From the NCBI GenBank assembly GCA_963169325.1, contig CAUJEY010000248.1, forward strand, positions 4,710 through 68,709: 64,000 bases of DNA. The letters are read 5' to 3'. Every line of letters starts with the position of its first letter. The first letter of the stretch is position 1. The notes below the pieces were generated by a model that was given only the letters and a program-made list of their open reading frames with translations, was not told the DNA's origin and searched no databases. The position numbers and the translations under genes were made by a program. Of the stretch, positions 48,271 to 58,521 are shown piece after piece. The DNA is from Bacteroidota bacterium (GTDB lineage Bacteria > Bacteroidota > Bacteroidia > Chitinophagales > Saprospiraceae).

Positions 48271-51200
48271 ATGCCTATGAAATCTTTCTTTACGTTCCTG
48301 ATCCTTGGGATGGGGTGCCTGATTCCTTCAGTTTCCTTCACTCAAAACCATCTTGTGGCTGTCGATGACTCTATCTGCGTTATGGCAGGCGACATTATCG
48401 AGTATAATGTCAAAAGCAATGACACCTTCCCGCAAGGTTTTTTCAACCCCGTATTTTTAGCCACACCATCCAAATGTATCGGGTTAAAGGCCGATGGGCA
48501 ATTGTATTTCCTGCCCGGGGACGAAAATTGTTGCGGAGAGCATATTTTAGAATATAGGTATGAAATATGCCAGCCGCCGGACGATTGTTTCGGCACGATC
48601 AAAGTGGTGGTCAAATGCCCCAAGCCGGATTGCTTTTTTGTCAACCTGGAAGATTTTTTGCACTCCGGCGGCACAGCAGGCGGCAATCCGGATGATCCGG
48701 ATTGTGTGTTTGCCTGCGAAAATGCGCAGGCGGTGTACTACGTCAATTACGATTCCAGCAGCACCTACAGTTGGTCGGTTTTCGGGGGTACGTATGTGCC
48801 CGGTGGCAATCCGGCTGAAATCATCGTCAGCTGGGGCGCAACGGGCAGCGGCACGATTTCCCTGACCATTACCGACAGCAACGGCGAAGCCACTACAGTA
48901 GAAATCTGCGTGGATATACTCGAAGGCCCGGTAACCGCTTTTCAGGCTTCTGCCGACAGTGTTTGCCTCAACTCCCCCATCAGTTTTATCAACAATTCGG
49001 TCGGGGGCAACGGCTTTTTCTGGGATTTCGGCGACGGTAACACGTCCAATATGTTCCAACCCACGCACCAGTATGGCGGGCCGGGCACGTATACCGTCAC
49101 CCTCATTGTGACAAAAGATAACTACGGCCCCAACGGCGAGCCGCTATGCTGTTGCTCCGATACGGCTATGCTCGATGTGTTCATTGATTCGCTTTCGGGA
49201 CCGAATATCTACTGTGTTTCCACACTCTGTGCCGGCGACAGCACCAAATACTGGACCGATGCCACCAATTGCGGCAGCTACCAGTGGGCGGTACTCGACG
49301 CGAACGGGCTGCCGCTTTCTTTTACCGGACAGGGCAACGACACGATTTGCGTCCAGTGGGGAAACGGCCCCACCGGCACCGTGACGCTCGCCGTCACGAA
49401 TTGCGACAGCGCTTATTGCGACCAGCCGGTTTCGGTGCTGATTCCGATCATTTCACCCACGGTAGGGATTAACGGCCTCACGATGGTATGTGAAAACGAC
49501 GTAGCTACTTACACCGTCCCGAAATGGCTCAGCGTCGATTACAACTGGCAAGTGACGGGCGGCGCCATTTTGAGCGGGCAAGGCACCAATACCGTGGTGA
49601 TCCAGTGGGGAACCGCCCCCGGGCCGGGTGTAATCAATCTGAATTATGCCAGCAATTTCCTGGGCGGGTTGCCCGGCCACGAACCGGAAGACTGTGCCGG
49701 CATGGCCGCACTAACGGTCCAGATTAAAACAAAATTCCAGGTCACCGGGCCAATTCCGCCGGTTGTTTGCGTCAATACGACTTCCGGCTTCTCTGCCACA
49801 GCCGTGCCTTATGCCAACTATACCTGGACAATTACGCCGGCGGCTCCGTTTTCGGGGCAGGGCACCAGTGCGATTTCCGTCACCTGGAATACCGGCCCGG
49901 GTACGTTTGTCGTCACGGCAGAACCCAATGACACCTCGGCCTATTGTAACCGGAAGGTAACGAAGGTCATCCGGGTGGTGGAAACACTTAAGCCCGATGG
50001 AATCGACGGCGTGACAGACATCTGCCCCGGAGGCACCTATACCTATTTCGGCCAGACGTCGCAAACCGGCGTGGGCTTCACCTGGGCCGTCACCGGCGGC
50101 ACGCCAGGCACTTATTCCGGGAATCCATTGACCGTAACCTGGAACAACACCGGCCCTTACACACTTGCCGTGCAGCACTTCAGCCTGAGCGCGCCGGGTT
50201 GCACCTCCGATACGATTCAGTTGGCGCTCCTGCCTAAACAGTTGAACGGCCCCTTAACCATCAGCGGCCCTCCCGGCTGTATAAATTCCGTGAAAAGTTA
50301 CTCGGCAGCTCCTGCCCAACACCCCGACGCCACGTATAGTTGGACGATCAGCCCCGTAGCGGCCGGCAGTGTGATTGCCGGCCAGGGCACCCCAAATATC
50401 CAGGTGCAGTGGAACAATACCCCCGGCCCGGCCACGCTTCAACTGACGGTATACCTGTGCAACGACAGCCTGGTCAAAACCTTGCCCCTCACCCTGAATG
50501 CAGCAGCGGTACCCGCGATCACCCAGACGGGTATCCTTTGCCCCGGCGTAACGGCCACGCTGAGTGCCGGAGCCGGATACACCTCTTATGCCTGGTCGCC
50601 CAGCGGAAATACGCAAACGATTCCAATCACTACCGGGGGAACTTATATCGTTACTGCGACGGACGCCAATGGCTGCACCGCCGTAGATACGTATCAGGCT
50701 ATTCCATTGCCCGGACCGGTGGCCTCTATTTCGACACCCAACCCGACGTTATTGTGTATCAACGCGCCGGTAGGCGGGCCGGTGACCATCACCGCGCTGA
50801 CTGCGCCGGGATACACGTATGCCTGGTATTGTAATGGCACACTGCAAGGCTTGCCGCCGGCGCAAAACACTTTGGTACATGCCAATACCCTAGTGGCAGC
50901 AACCTTCAACTATTGGGTAGTGGTCACTGATGCCAACGGCTGCACCAAACAATCCAACACCATTGTAGTCGTGCAGCAAACCTGCACCGCTCCCCCATTC
51001 TGCTTTCCTCAATCGCACAACCTTTCGTTTACGTCCGCCAATCCGGCTCCGAACTGCAATACCGTGGCGTTCACGGTCACCAAGAGCGCTAACGTAACCG
51101 TTACGGGTTGGAATTTCGGCGATCCGGGCAGTAACACCAATAGCGGCATACTGCCCGACGCCATTCATACGTACACCAAAGCCGGTTGTTTTTTGGTGAC

Positions 51201-54200
51201 CGTAACCGCCACCGTACCCAGCCTTGTGCCCCCGAACAGCACTTGCACGATTACCCGCACCGGCACCGTTTGTGTGCCCTTAGTTGCCGATTTCACTTCT
51301 ACGGTTAACTGTCAGAGTGTTTCCTTCAACGATTTGTCCACCTTCCAGCCCGGGCAAGGTCCTGTTTCCTGGATGTGGACATTTGGCGATGCCGGTACCT
51401 CCACCATGCAAAATCCAACGCATGGTTATACCGCTGCGGGCTCCTACACAGTCACGCTGACGGCCACCAATGCCGCCGGTTGTATGGCAACAATTACCAA
51501 AACAGTTGTGGTGGCAGGTTTGCCAGCCCCGACTGTTTCGGCCATTCCGTCGCCGGCTTGTGTGGGCGTACCTGTCAATTTTACGGCCACCGGCGCCAAT
51601 ATAATTTCCTGGTTGTGGAATTTTAACGACGGCGCCACCAACGGCAGCCAAAATCCCGCACATACCTACCTGACCGCAGGCAACTACACCGTTTCGCTTG
51701 CCGTGGTAGACAACCTGGGCTGTACGAACACGATCACCCTGCCCATTACCGTAAACCCTGCCCCAGCGCCCGATACGATTGCCTGGTCGCCGGACCTGAC
51801 ATTTTGCAGCGGCGATTCGGTCACACTCACCGCTCCGGCGGGTACCGGATACACTTATCTGTGGTCGACCGGCGCCGGCACCCAATCCATTGCAGTAGAC
51901 ACCTCGGGCGTTTACAGTGTGGTGGTGACCAATATATTTGGATGTACCATGACGCCTGATTCGGTGGTGACCACGGTGCTACCCGCACCGACCGCTTCTA
52001 TTGCCGGGCCGCTGTTTATTTGCGACGCCGGTTGCGTGACGCTTAGCGCGCCGTCGGGTTACGGGTATACCTATCAGTGGCTCGACAATACCAACGCGCC
52101 CATATCCGGTGCAGTGGCTTCCACCCTCAGCGTTTGCGACACCAACCTGTTACCGGCCTATTCGGTGATTGTGACCGATGCCAACGGCTGTACCGCTGTT
52201 TCGGCGCCGTTTAGCGTTTCCCTGGCGGTGTCGCCGGTCTTTACCATCACGGTGACGCCCGATTCCTGCGAGGGTACGCCGGCCACGCTTTTAGTGATGC
52301 CCGTGCAACCCAATGTGGTGTATTCCTGGAGCAATGGCGGAACGGGGCCTTCTATTACCGTCATTCAGGCCGGCACCTATACCTGCATTGGAACGGATAC
52401 CATAACCGGGTGTAAAAGTTCGGCTACGGCCACCATACATCCCCTGCCGGACCTCTGTATCGTACCCGCAGGTTGCTACGAAGCTTGTAACCCGGATACG
52501 ATTTGCGGCCCCGACGGGCTCGCCGCGTACCAGTGGAACCTGAATGGCGCACCCATAGCAGGCGCCACGAATCAATGCCTGATTGTCACGCAAAGCGGCA
52601 CGTACAGCCTGACCGGTACCACGGCATTCGGTTGCAGCGCCACCTCCGACTCGCTGATGCTGATGTTGATTGATTGTGGTTGCGGCCAATTGAGTGCCAT
52701 AGCAACTCCGATTGAATCGGACAGTTGTTGCTGGTCGCTGAGTTATTCGGGTAATACCGCCAACCTGGTGGGTGTGCTGATCTACACCAATGACGCCGAT
52801 TTTAATTTCAATCTCGGTAGCCTGGATGTGTCCCTCGCCGTGAATTCCATTACCGGAAATTCCATCGGATTGGTGAACAGCCAGGCCGGTGACCCATTGC
52901 CCGCGAATGCGCTGAACAACTTCCTGAATTTCTGTTTTACCAACATACAAAATACGCCACAACAAGTCGTGTTTGATTGGTATGATTTTGAATTCAACGT
53001 GGTGTGTTCCGATACCCTGCTATTCGATTGCCCGGTTGAACCGGATTGTCTTTACCTGGAATCTGATTCTATTCACTGCCAGGGCAATGAAGTGGTGTAC
53101 ACGATGACCGTGTGTAATCCCGCAGATGCTGATTTTTCGGTAGGCTATATCGTGCTGCAACCATCGGCCCCTCCGGGTATTGTGGTCACACCGAACACCA
53201 TAGACGAAACGGCCAATCCGATCCTGCCCGGCCAATGCCGTACCTACACGTTCACGTTGTCCGGGCCGGGTATCGAAAACCAGGAATTCTGTTTCAGCCT
53301 GACGGCGCATGATGAAATACCGGGCGACGAAATTGACACAACAACCTGTTGTATGCTGGATACGATGTATTGTATTCCAATTCCGGATTGTTACCCTTGC
53401 GATAATATCGGGGTGGATACGGTCGAAACGCTTTCGGCGACCGAAGGCAACTGTTGTTACCAAATTTCCCTGTTTAACAACTACGCCGCCGGGTATTTCG
53501 ACGGGATCGGCTTGTGCATGCTTTCCACGGGAGCCACCATGACGATCAACAACCCCTTCGGCTCCGGCTGGCAAACGGCCGGCTATACGCCAACAGTGAT
53601 AGATTTGAATGTAGTGCCGCCGCTGGGAAGCAGTCTTCCATTGGGCGTGGTGCAATTGCCGGCCATCTGTGTCCGGTCGAACCTGGCGCCGCCCCTGCTT
53701 GTGGAAATCAAATGGATGCTGGGGGATAGTATTGTTTGTCGCGACACAATTGAGCTGGGCTGCGAGCCCCCCTGCGGATATATTCTGGGCGAATCTATCG
53801 TTTGCGACCCTGCAACCGGGGCCTGGGTGTACAGCGGTTCGATTAAAAACACTTCGCCTTACACTATGGGTGAAGCGCACGTTGTCTTCACCTCGCCGGC
53901 CGGCATGAACGCCTACAATACCAACATATCGCTGGGCCTCGGCCTGGCGCCGGGCGGCACACAAGCCTTTAGCCTGACGCTGGGTCCGCCCGCCAACCCG
54001 GGAGACAGCGTTTGTTTCACCGTTGCCCTGCATGCGCTGAACGACGATGCACAGCACACGCAATGCTGTACGTTCCACGACTGCATCGTGCTGCCGGATT
54101 GTACCGAACCCTTGAGTTGCCAATGCGACGCCACATTTCAGCAATCTGTTGCACAAGGGATTATCTGCGCGGCATCTGCGACAAACAAATTTATCTACAC

Positions 54201-54672
54201 CTTTTCGCCGGTCAGCCGGCTGAGCGATTGCGATCAGGTGGTATGGGAATGGACCGATTTATCCGTGCCCGTGCAAACAACCGGGAATACTTCCGTCACC
54301 CACCAATTTGCGAGGACAGGCATTTACAGCGTTTGTATGAACGTTTATCGCACAACTGAAACCGGCAATACCTGCCTGGCGCAAACCTGCAAGGATATTA
54401 ACCTCGTTTCTGTTGCCGAATCGACGCAATTGCGATTGTATCCCAACCCCGTTCATGGGCGGGCGTTTGCCGCGATGTCGCCCTACTGGACGGAAAGCGC
54501 CCATATCCGGGTATTCGATCTGCTGGGGCGTGAGCGGGCCGATTTTGATTTTCCGGATGCCGCGGGGCAGGAAGTACTGCCCGTGCCGTTGGACGGGCTC
54601 GCTACAGGGATGTACCTGATGATTGTGGAATCGGGCGGGAAAAAATGGGTGGTGAAGGTGGTGCTGGAGTGA
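48271..54672 (+). CDS. Giant PKD-repeat adhesin-like T9SS-sorted protein
   Basis: Signal peptide MPMKSFFTFLILGMGCLIPSVSF. PKD units (FWDFGDGNTSN...HQYGGPGTYTVTLIV; WTFGDAGTS...; WNFNDGATNGS...). C-terminal LRLYPNPVHGRAF sorting domain. Confidence 0.85.
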   Translation: MPMKSFFTFLILGMGCLIPSVSFTQNHLVAVDDSICVMAGDIIEYNVKSNDTFPQGFFNPVFLATPSKCIGLKADGQLYFLPGDENCCGEHILEYRYEICQPPDDCFGTIKVVVKCPKPDCFFVNLEDFLHSGGTAGGNPDDPDCVFACENAQAVYYVNYDSSSTYSWSVFGGTYVPGGNPAEIIVSWGATGSGTISLTITDSNGEATTVEICVDILEGPVTAFQASADSVCLNSPISFINNSVGGNGFFWDFGDGNTSNMFQPTHQYGGPGTYTVTLIVTKDNYGPNGEPLCCCSDTAMLDVFIDSLSGPNIYCVSTLCAGDSTKYWTDATNCGSYQWAVLDANGLPLSFTGQGNDTICVQWGNGPTGTVTLAVTNCDSAYCDQPVSVLIPIISPTVGINGLTMVCENDVATYTVPKWLSVDYNWQVTGGAILSGQGTNTVVIQWGTAPGPGVINLNYASNFLGGLPGHEPEDCAGMAALTVQIKTKFQVTGPIPPVVCVNTTSGFSATAVPYANYTWTITPAAPFSGQGTSAISVTWNTGPGTFVVTAEPNDTSAYCNRKVTKVIRVVETLKPDGIDGVTDICPGGTYTYFGQTSQTGVGFTWAVTGGTPGTYSGNPLTVTWNNTGPYTLAVQHFSLSAPGCTSDTIQLALLPKQLNGPLTISGPPGCINSVKSYSAAPAQHPDATYSWTISPVAAGSVIAGQGTPNIQVQWNNTPGPATLQLTVYLCNDSLVKTLPLTLNAAAVPAITQTGILCPGVTATLSAGAGYTSYAWSPSGNTQTIPITTGGTYIVTATDANGCTAVDTYQAIPLPGPVASISTPNPTLLCINAPVGGPVTITALTAPGYTYAWYCNGTLQGLPPAQNTLVHANTLVAATFNYWVVVTDANGCTKQSNTIVVVQQTCTAPPFCFPQSHNLSFTSANPAPNCNTVAFTVTKSANVTVTGWNFGDPGSNTNSGILPDAIHTYTKAGCFLVTVTATVPSLVPPNSTCTITRTGTVCVPLVADFTSTVNCQSVSFNDLSTFQPGQGPVSWMWTFGDAGTSTMQNPTHGYTAAGSYTVTLTATNAAGCMATITKTVVVAGLPAPTVSAIPSPACVGVPVNFTATGANIISWLWNFNDGATNGSQNPAHTYLTAGNYTVSLAVVDNLGCTNTITLPITVNPAPAPDTIAWSPDLTFCSGDSVTLTAPAGTGYTYLWSTGAGTQSIAVDTSGVYSVVVTNIFGCTMTPDSVVTTVLPAPTASIAGPLFICDAGCVTLSAPSGYGYTYQWLDNTNAPISGAVASTLSVCDTNLLPAYSVIVTDANGCTAVSAPFSVSLAVSPVFTITVTPDSCEGTPATLLVMPVQPNVVYSWSNGGTGPSITVIQAGTYTCIGTDTITGCKSSATATIHPLPDLCIVPAGCYEACNPDTICGPDGLAAYQWNLNGAPIAGATNQCLIVTQSGTYSLTGTTAFGCSATSDSLMLMLIDCGCGQLSAIATPIESDSCCWSLSYSGNTANLVGVLIYTNDADFNFNLGSLDVSLAVNSITGNSIGLVNSQAGDPLPANALNNFLNFCFTNIQNTPQQVVFDWYDFEFNVVCSDTLLFDCPVEPDCLYLESDSIHCQGNEVVYTMTVCNPADADFSVGYIVLQPSAPPGIVVTPNTIDETANPILPGQCRTYTFTLSGPGIENQEFCFSLTAHDEIPGDEIDTTTCCMLDTMYCIPIPDCYPCDNIGVDTVETLSATEGNCCYQISLFNNYAAGYFDGIGLCMLSTGATMTINNPFGSGWQTAGYTPTVIDLNVVPPLGSSLPLGVVQLPAICVRSNLAPPLLVEIKWMLGDSIVCRDTIELGCEPPCGYILGESIVCDPATGAWVYSGSIKNTSPYTMGEAHVVFTSPAGMNAYNTNISLGLGLAPGGTQAFSLTLGPPANPGDSVCFTVALHALNDDAQHTQCCTFHDCIVLPDCTEPLSCQCDATFQQSVAQGIICAASATNKFIYTFSPVSRLSDCDQVVWEWTDLSVPVQTTGNTSVTHQFARTGIYSVCMNVYRTTETGNTCLAQTCKDINLVSVAESTQLRLYPNPVHGRAFAAMSPYWTESAHIRVFDLLGRERADFDFPDAAGQEVLPVPLDGLATGMYLMIVESGGKKWVVKVVLE

Positions 54673-54680
54673 TAAGGGGT

Positions 54681-54795
54681 TGAATATCGAATGTCGAACA
54701 GCGAATGTCGAATATCGAAGTATCGTAACGTGTTCCGTGGCATGGAACACGTTACGATACTTCGATATTCGCTGTTCGCTGTTCGACATTCGACA
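54681..54795. repeat. Hairpin built from TNTCGAA 7-mers (TCGAATATCGAATGTCGAA family)
   Basis: The central roughly 35 bp on each arm are perfectly complementary (CGAATATCGAAGTATCGTAACGTGTTCC). It starts 9 nt after the stop at 54672. Confidence 0.8.
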
Positions 54796-54895
54796 CTTTA
54801 CTGTCGGGCGTCTTAGACGCGATGACGAATATTTTGACGGACTTTGCCCGCATTTGAATACGAAAGCGGACAAAGTCCGCCAAATATTTTACAAC
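54796..54895. repeat. Repeat module D, copy 1 (CTGTCGRGCGTCTTA...AATATTTTGACGGACTTTG)
   Basis: It shares about 55 bp of gapped similarity with 59557-59610. Internal hairpin GACGGACTTTGCCCGC...GCGGACAAAGTCCGCC. Confidence 0.6.
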
Positions 54896-54982
54896 TCCGT
54901 TACATTGTTTTACATCTAAAAATCTGTTTGGTTTTGGCCGGGCCGTTCCTTTGCAGCATTGTTTCACCAACCAAACATTGTC

Positions 54983-56002
54983 ATGTACATCCACATACTC
55001 GCCTTTTTGCTCTTTTTTCAATCCTTCGTAGCCTGCCGGCAGGTTCAGGAAAATGCGTCTCCATTGGAAGCCAACCTCGCTTTTCAATCCAACGGCGACT
55101 CCCGGCAGGAGCCCGAAAAAGCGCCGCTCCCGGCAACCGGCATCATTTTTCGATCCATCGACGACGGGCAGACCTGGCAGGATATCAGTGCAGGATTGCC
55201 TGGCGATAAGTCAGCCGACTGTTTTTTCGCGCAGAACGGCGAACTCTTTTTGGGTTCTGCCGATGGGTTGTACCGCAGCCCAATCACTTCAGCAGCACCT
55301 GTTTGGGAAAAAGATTTTCTGCTGAACGAACAAACAACCGGCATTTTCCCCGGTCAGGCCGGGCCGTATTCCCTTAGTCCTGAGAACGGTTTTTTCCAAA
55401 ACATTTTGAAGGGCATCTGGGCGTCCGTGTTTTCTAACCTGAAAGAACAGATGTTGCGCAGCATTTTTGAAACTGTGGACGGAACCGTTTTCGTCGGCTG
55501 CGACAATGGCATTTTCAAATCCGGCGATCATGGAAAAACATGGAAACATGTTTATAAGGAAGGCTGGATGATTCAAATGGTGGAGTCTGGCGGCGTACTT
55601 ATTTGCACCAGCGAGCAAGGGATATTGCGCTCAACTGACAGCGGTGAACACTGGGATTTGGTGGTGACCGAAGGCGGCGTTGGCATTGATGTGGAAGTTA
55701 TCGAAGGTGGGTTCGCTGCGATCACCTTCAATACCGAATCGGAGACCAGGAGAGTGCGCATTTCCACAGACGGCGGTAATACCTGGCAGGCCATCGATGC
55801 GGGTCTTCCGCCGCATGCGTCTATCTCCTCCATCAAACAGGTGGGTAACTACTTCTTTTGCGGCCATCCTGACGGCATTTATCGCTCCGATGACTGGGGC
55901 AAAACATGGAAACTTTTGCTTCCTTCTATCAAGGAAAAGGTATTCAATTTGTCCGTTTCGGGCAACGTGATTTATGCTATACCAAGAAGTGGGGGGTGTT
56001 GA
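54983..56002 (+). CDS. BNR/Asp-box repeat (sialidase/Ycf48-like propeller) lipoprotein
   Basis: Lipobox FFQSFVAC. Asp-boxes DDGQTWQ, GDHGKTWK, TDSGEHW, TDGGNTWQ, DDWGKTWK. Confidence 0.8.
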   Translation: MYIHILAFLLFFQSFVACRQVQENASPLEANLAFQSNGDSRQEPEKAPLPATGIIFRSIDDGQTWQDISAGLPGDKSADCFFAQNGELFLGSADGLYRSPITSAAPVWEKDFLLNEQTTGIFPGQAGPYSLSPENGFFQNILKGIWASVFSNLKEQMLRSIFETVDGTVFVGCDNGIFKSGDHGKTWKHVYKEGWMIQMVESGGVLICTSEQGILRSTDSGEHWDLVVTEGGVGIDVEVIEGGFAAITFNTESETRRVRISTDGGNTWQAIDAGLPPHASISSIKQVGNYFFCGHPDGIYRSDDWGKTWKLLLPSIKEKVFNLSVSGNVIYAIPRSGGC

Positions 56003-56018
56003 GTATCCTGTGCCGGGG

Positions 56019-56266
56019 TTGTGTCAAAAGTCTTTTGATAAAAAACCGCGACAAATTTTTCACTACGAGACACGGAGTCCTTGAATTTCGAATATCGAAC
56101 ACGGAATGTCGAATGTCGAAGCAGCCCTAGCACACACTGTGATTCGGTATACTCTACGTTCTTTCGAAATTCGACATTCCGTGTTCGATATTCGATATTC
56201 AAGGACTCCGTGGTGAATTAAAATAATCTACGGCGGGAAAAATTTAACATATCCTTTTGACACAAC
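56019..56266. mobile_element. MITE-like mosaic palindromic element, copy 2 (long form with nested TCGAA hairpin)
   Basis: Perfect 13-bp terminal inverted repeats GTTGTGTCAAAAG / CTTTTGACACAAC. Nested hairpin 56074-56209. Conserved GTGGTGAATTAAAATAATCTACGGCGGGAAAAA module. Confidence 0.7.
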
Positions 56267-56463
56267 TGCGTAGCGGGTTTTCGCCCCGCAAATCATCATT
56301 GAAAAAGTAACTCCTTTTAGGCAAACCCCAGCAAACAGTAAGTTCCCGCCTCGAACTACACCTAAAATATTCTTTGGCACTTTGGCACGTTTCTTGAAAT
56401 TCCATTGGCTACTATGTAAAAAATTGCCACAGGACCTATTGAGAAAACGAAACACCACTGCCA

Positions 56464-58082
56464 ATGAGTACCCGGCCCACTGTCGCCGGCACAAACGCAA
56501 ATACGGGTACTGATTACGCAACTCAAATACGAGGAAGCCTTCGATCTACTCGAACGCAGCCTGGGCGGTATGGAGCAACTAGATCGATTTGCCCCACTTG
56601 AAAGCCCGCTACCGGCAGTGGAAGCAGCACCAACAAGAAAACACTGCCGACTCCCGCGACCTCGATCTGGAAATCAACAAAATCCGTTACACCCTGCTGA
56701 CGTACGCCGGCCAAATGAAAGACGTATGAGCGCAACAGCCGAATACCGCTACCCGGGCATACAGCCCTTTTCCGGCAGGCAAAAAAACCTGTTTTTCGGA
56801 CGCGACAACGACCGGGAACGGCTGCTTTCGCTGCTTTTATTAGAAAAACTCACGGTTTTGTTCGGAAAATCGGGCTATGGCAAATCGTCGCTGCTCAACG
56901 CCGGTATCGCGCCCGGACTCGAAAAAGAAAGCCGGCGCGGCAAACGCGAATACGTCCCGGTGTTCGTCCGTTTCCATTCCCGCGTCGGCAACGAACAGTA
57001 CGATTGGTTCGATTGGTTCGCGTTTCAACTGGCGCAACAGGCGCCCATAAACCCCGATCTATACGAACCCCGTAGCTCCCTGCCTCGCACGCTCTGGGGC
57101 GAACTCAAGCGTCGCCAAACAGGGCCGCGAAACGGGCATCGAGGCTTTCCAGTTGCAAATACTGGCACAAAACGTGGAACACCGCGTGATCCGCGGCGAA
57201 GTCGCTGACCGCAATGGCGACGGCCAACCCGACGTGGCCGTCGCCGACCTGCCTGGTATGGAGCGCCTGTACGAGGTCTTTTACGAAGATGCCCTGGATA
57301 AACTGACCGCGCCCGACCGTAAAAAAACGCGGCGCCTTCTCGAACAAGGGCTGATTTTCGAGCAGGACAACCAACGCATCAACCTGCACGAAAAACTCAT
57401 CAACCGGGATTACGGCGTCGGCGAAACCCTCACTCAACAATTAATCGACCTGCGTTTGCTGCGCGCCGAACCCAGCACCTCCGGCGGACATAACATTGAA
57501 CTCTCGCACGACTCCTTCGTGTTACCGATCCTGAATGTAGCCCGGCGGCGCAGGCAGGAATTGTGGCGAAAACGGGCCCTGGTATTGGGCGTTTTTGCAG
57601 GACTGTTGATCCTGGTGCTGGGCGCCGGGAGTGTATTCAACCTGACCGTAAAAAAAACAGACGCCACGGTGATACGCCAGAACGTCGTGCTGACGCATCA
57701 ATTGGATTCGATCAAAGTAATCCGAAACTTAGAGGAAGAAGCCAAAGCGGTGGCCCTGAAGTATCTGGAATGTGTGAACAATCACGATATCCCGGGCGTG
57801 TCGGCGCTGATGACCGATACGTTGGAGCAATATTACACGGCTAAAAACCTGCCCCGGGCAAAACGGGAAAAACTCGAACGCGATTATTACCGGAAGCACC
57901 CGGAACAAGGCCAGGCACACGTCAATACCGTTCTGGTGGAAAAGAAAGGCCTGGTTTATGAAGTCACCCTCAATACCGATTATGTGCACCCGTCAAAGGG
58001 ATTGGTGCAGGTGGTTTATAGGATCAAATTGAATGAGGGGTTGAAGATGTATTATTTGCGGTCGTTTATTGCGGAGGAGTGA
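56464..58082 (+). pseudogene. STAND-like P-loop NTPase remnant (frameshifted, internally deleted) with C-terminal TM and NTF2-like domain
   Basis: Walker A FGKSGYGKSSLLNAG. The reading requires three frames (56464..., 56468-57208, 56583-56729, 57051-58082). No Walker B lies between the P-loop and IEAFQLQILAQNVEH. Confidence 0.5.
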
Positions 58083-58305
58083 GTGGTGTATATTTTTCTG
58101 AAAGGCGATTTATTTATTTCGCTTTAACATGAACATATAAAATATTAATTTAATCCCGATCTTTATTCCCCGAACAAAGTGGCGGATGTCTGACAAATAT
58201 GAAATATTAATTCAGAAATACCCAAAATAGGTTGCTTGATTGCGTGGGAGGGTTTATTCTTGTGGACGTTTTGTTATATTACTCCCCTAATCTATAAAAT
58301 CCCTT

Positions 58306-58506
58306 TCATTTTACCGGTTGCGCTAAAACCAAGTGGTGATTGTCTGTTGAATTCAGGCGGACTGGTATTTCTATTGAATTATTTATGAATACCGCTTGTC
58401 GTGTAGGGCGATGAGGGGTTGATTTTATTGCTTTGGAATTATCGATTCCGTGTTGCTTTTTAATATTTTTTCTATGATTGTCAACTATCTTTTCACTTAT
58501 AAACAT
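58306..58506 (-). pseudogene. Possible LuxR/GerE-type HTH fragment
   Basis: FISEKIVDNHRKNIKKQHGIDN resembles the recognition-helix consensus (S..TV..H..NI..KLGV.N). There is a stop immediately upstream and no N-terminal domain. Confidence 0.25.
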
Positions 58507-58521
58507 TTAAAAAATTAAATC

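Noticed and set aside
53020-54156. 378-aa minus-strand ORF inside the giant adhesin gene
   Set aside because: It is a shadow ORF. The sense strand carries a continuous 2100-aa frame with PKD motifs and a sorting domain, and the antisense product is Arg/Gly-rich low complexity.
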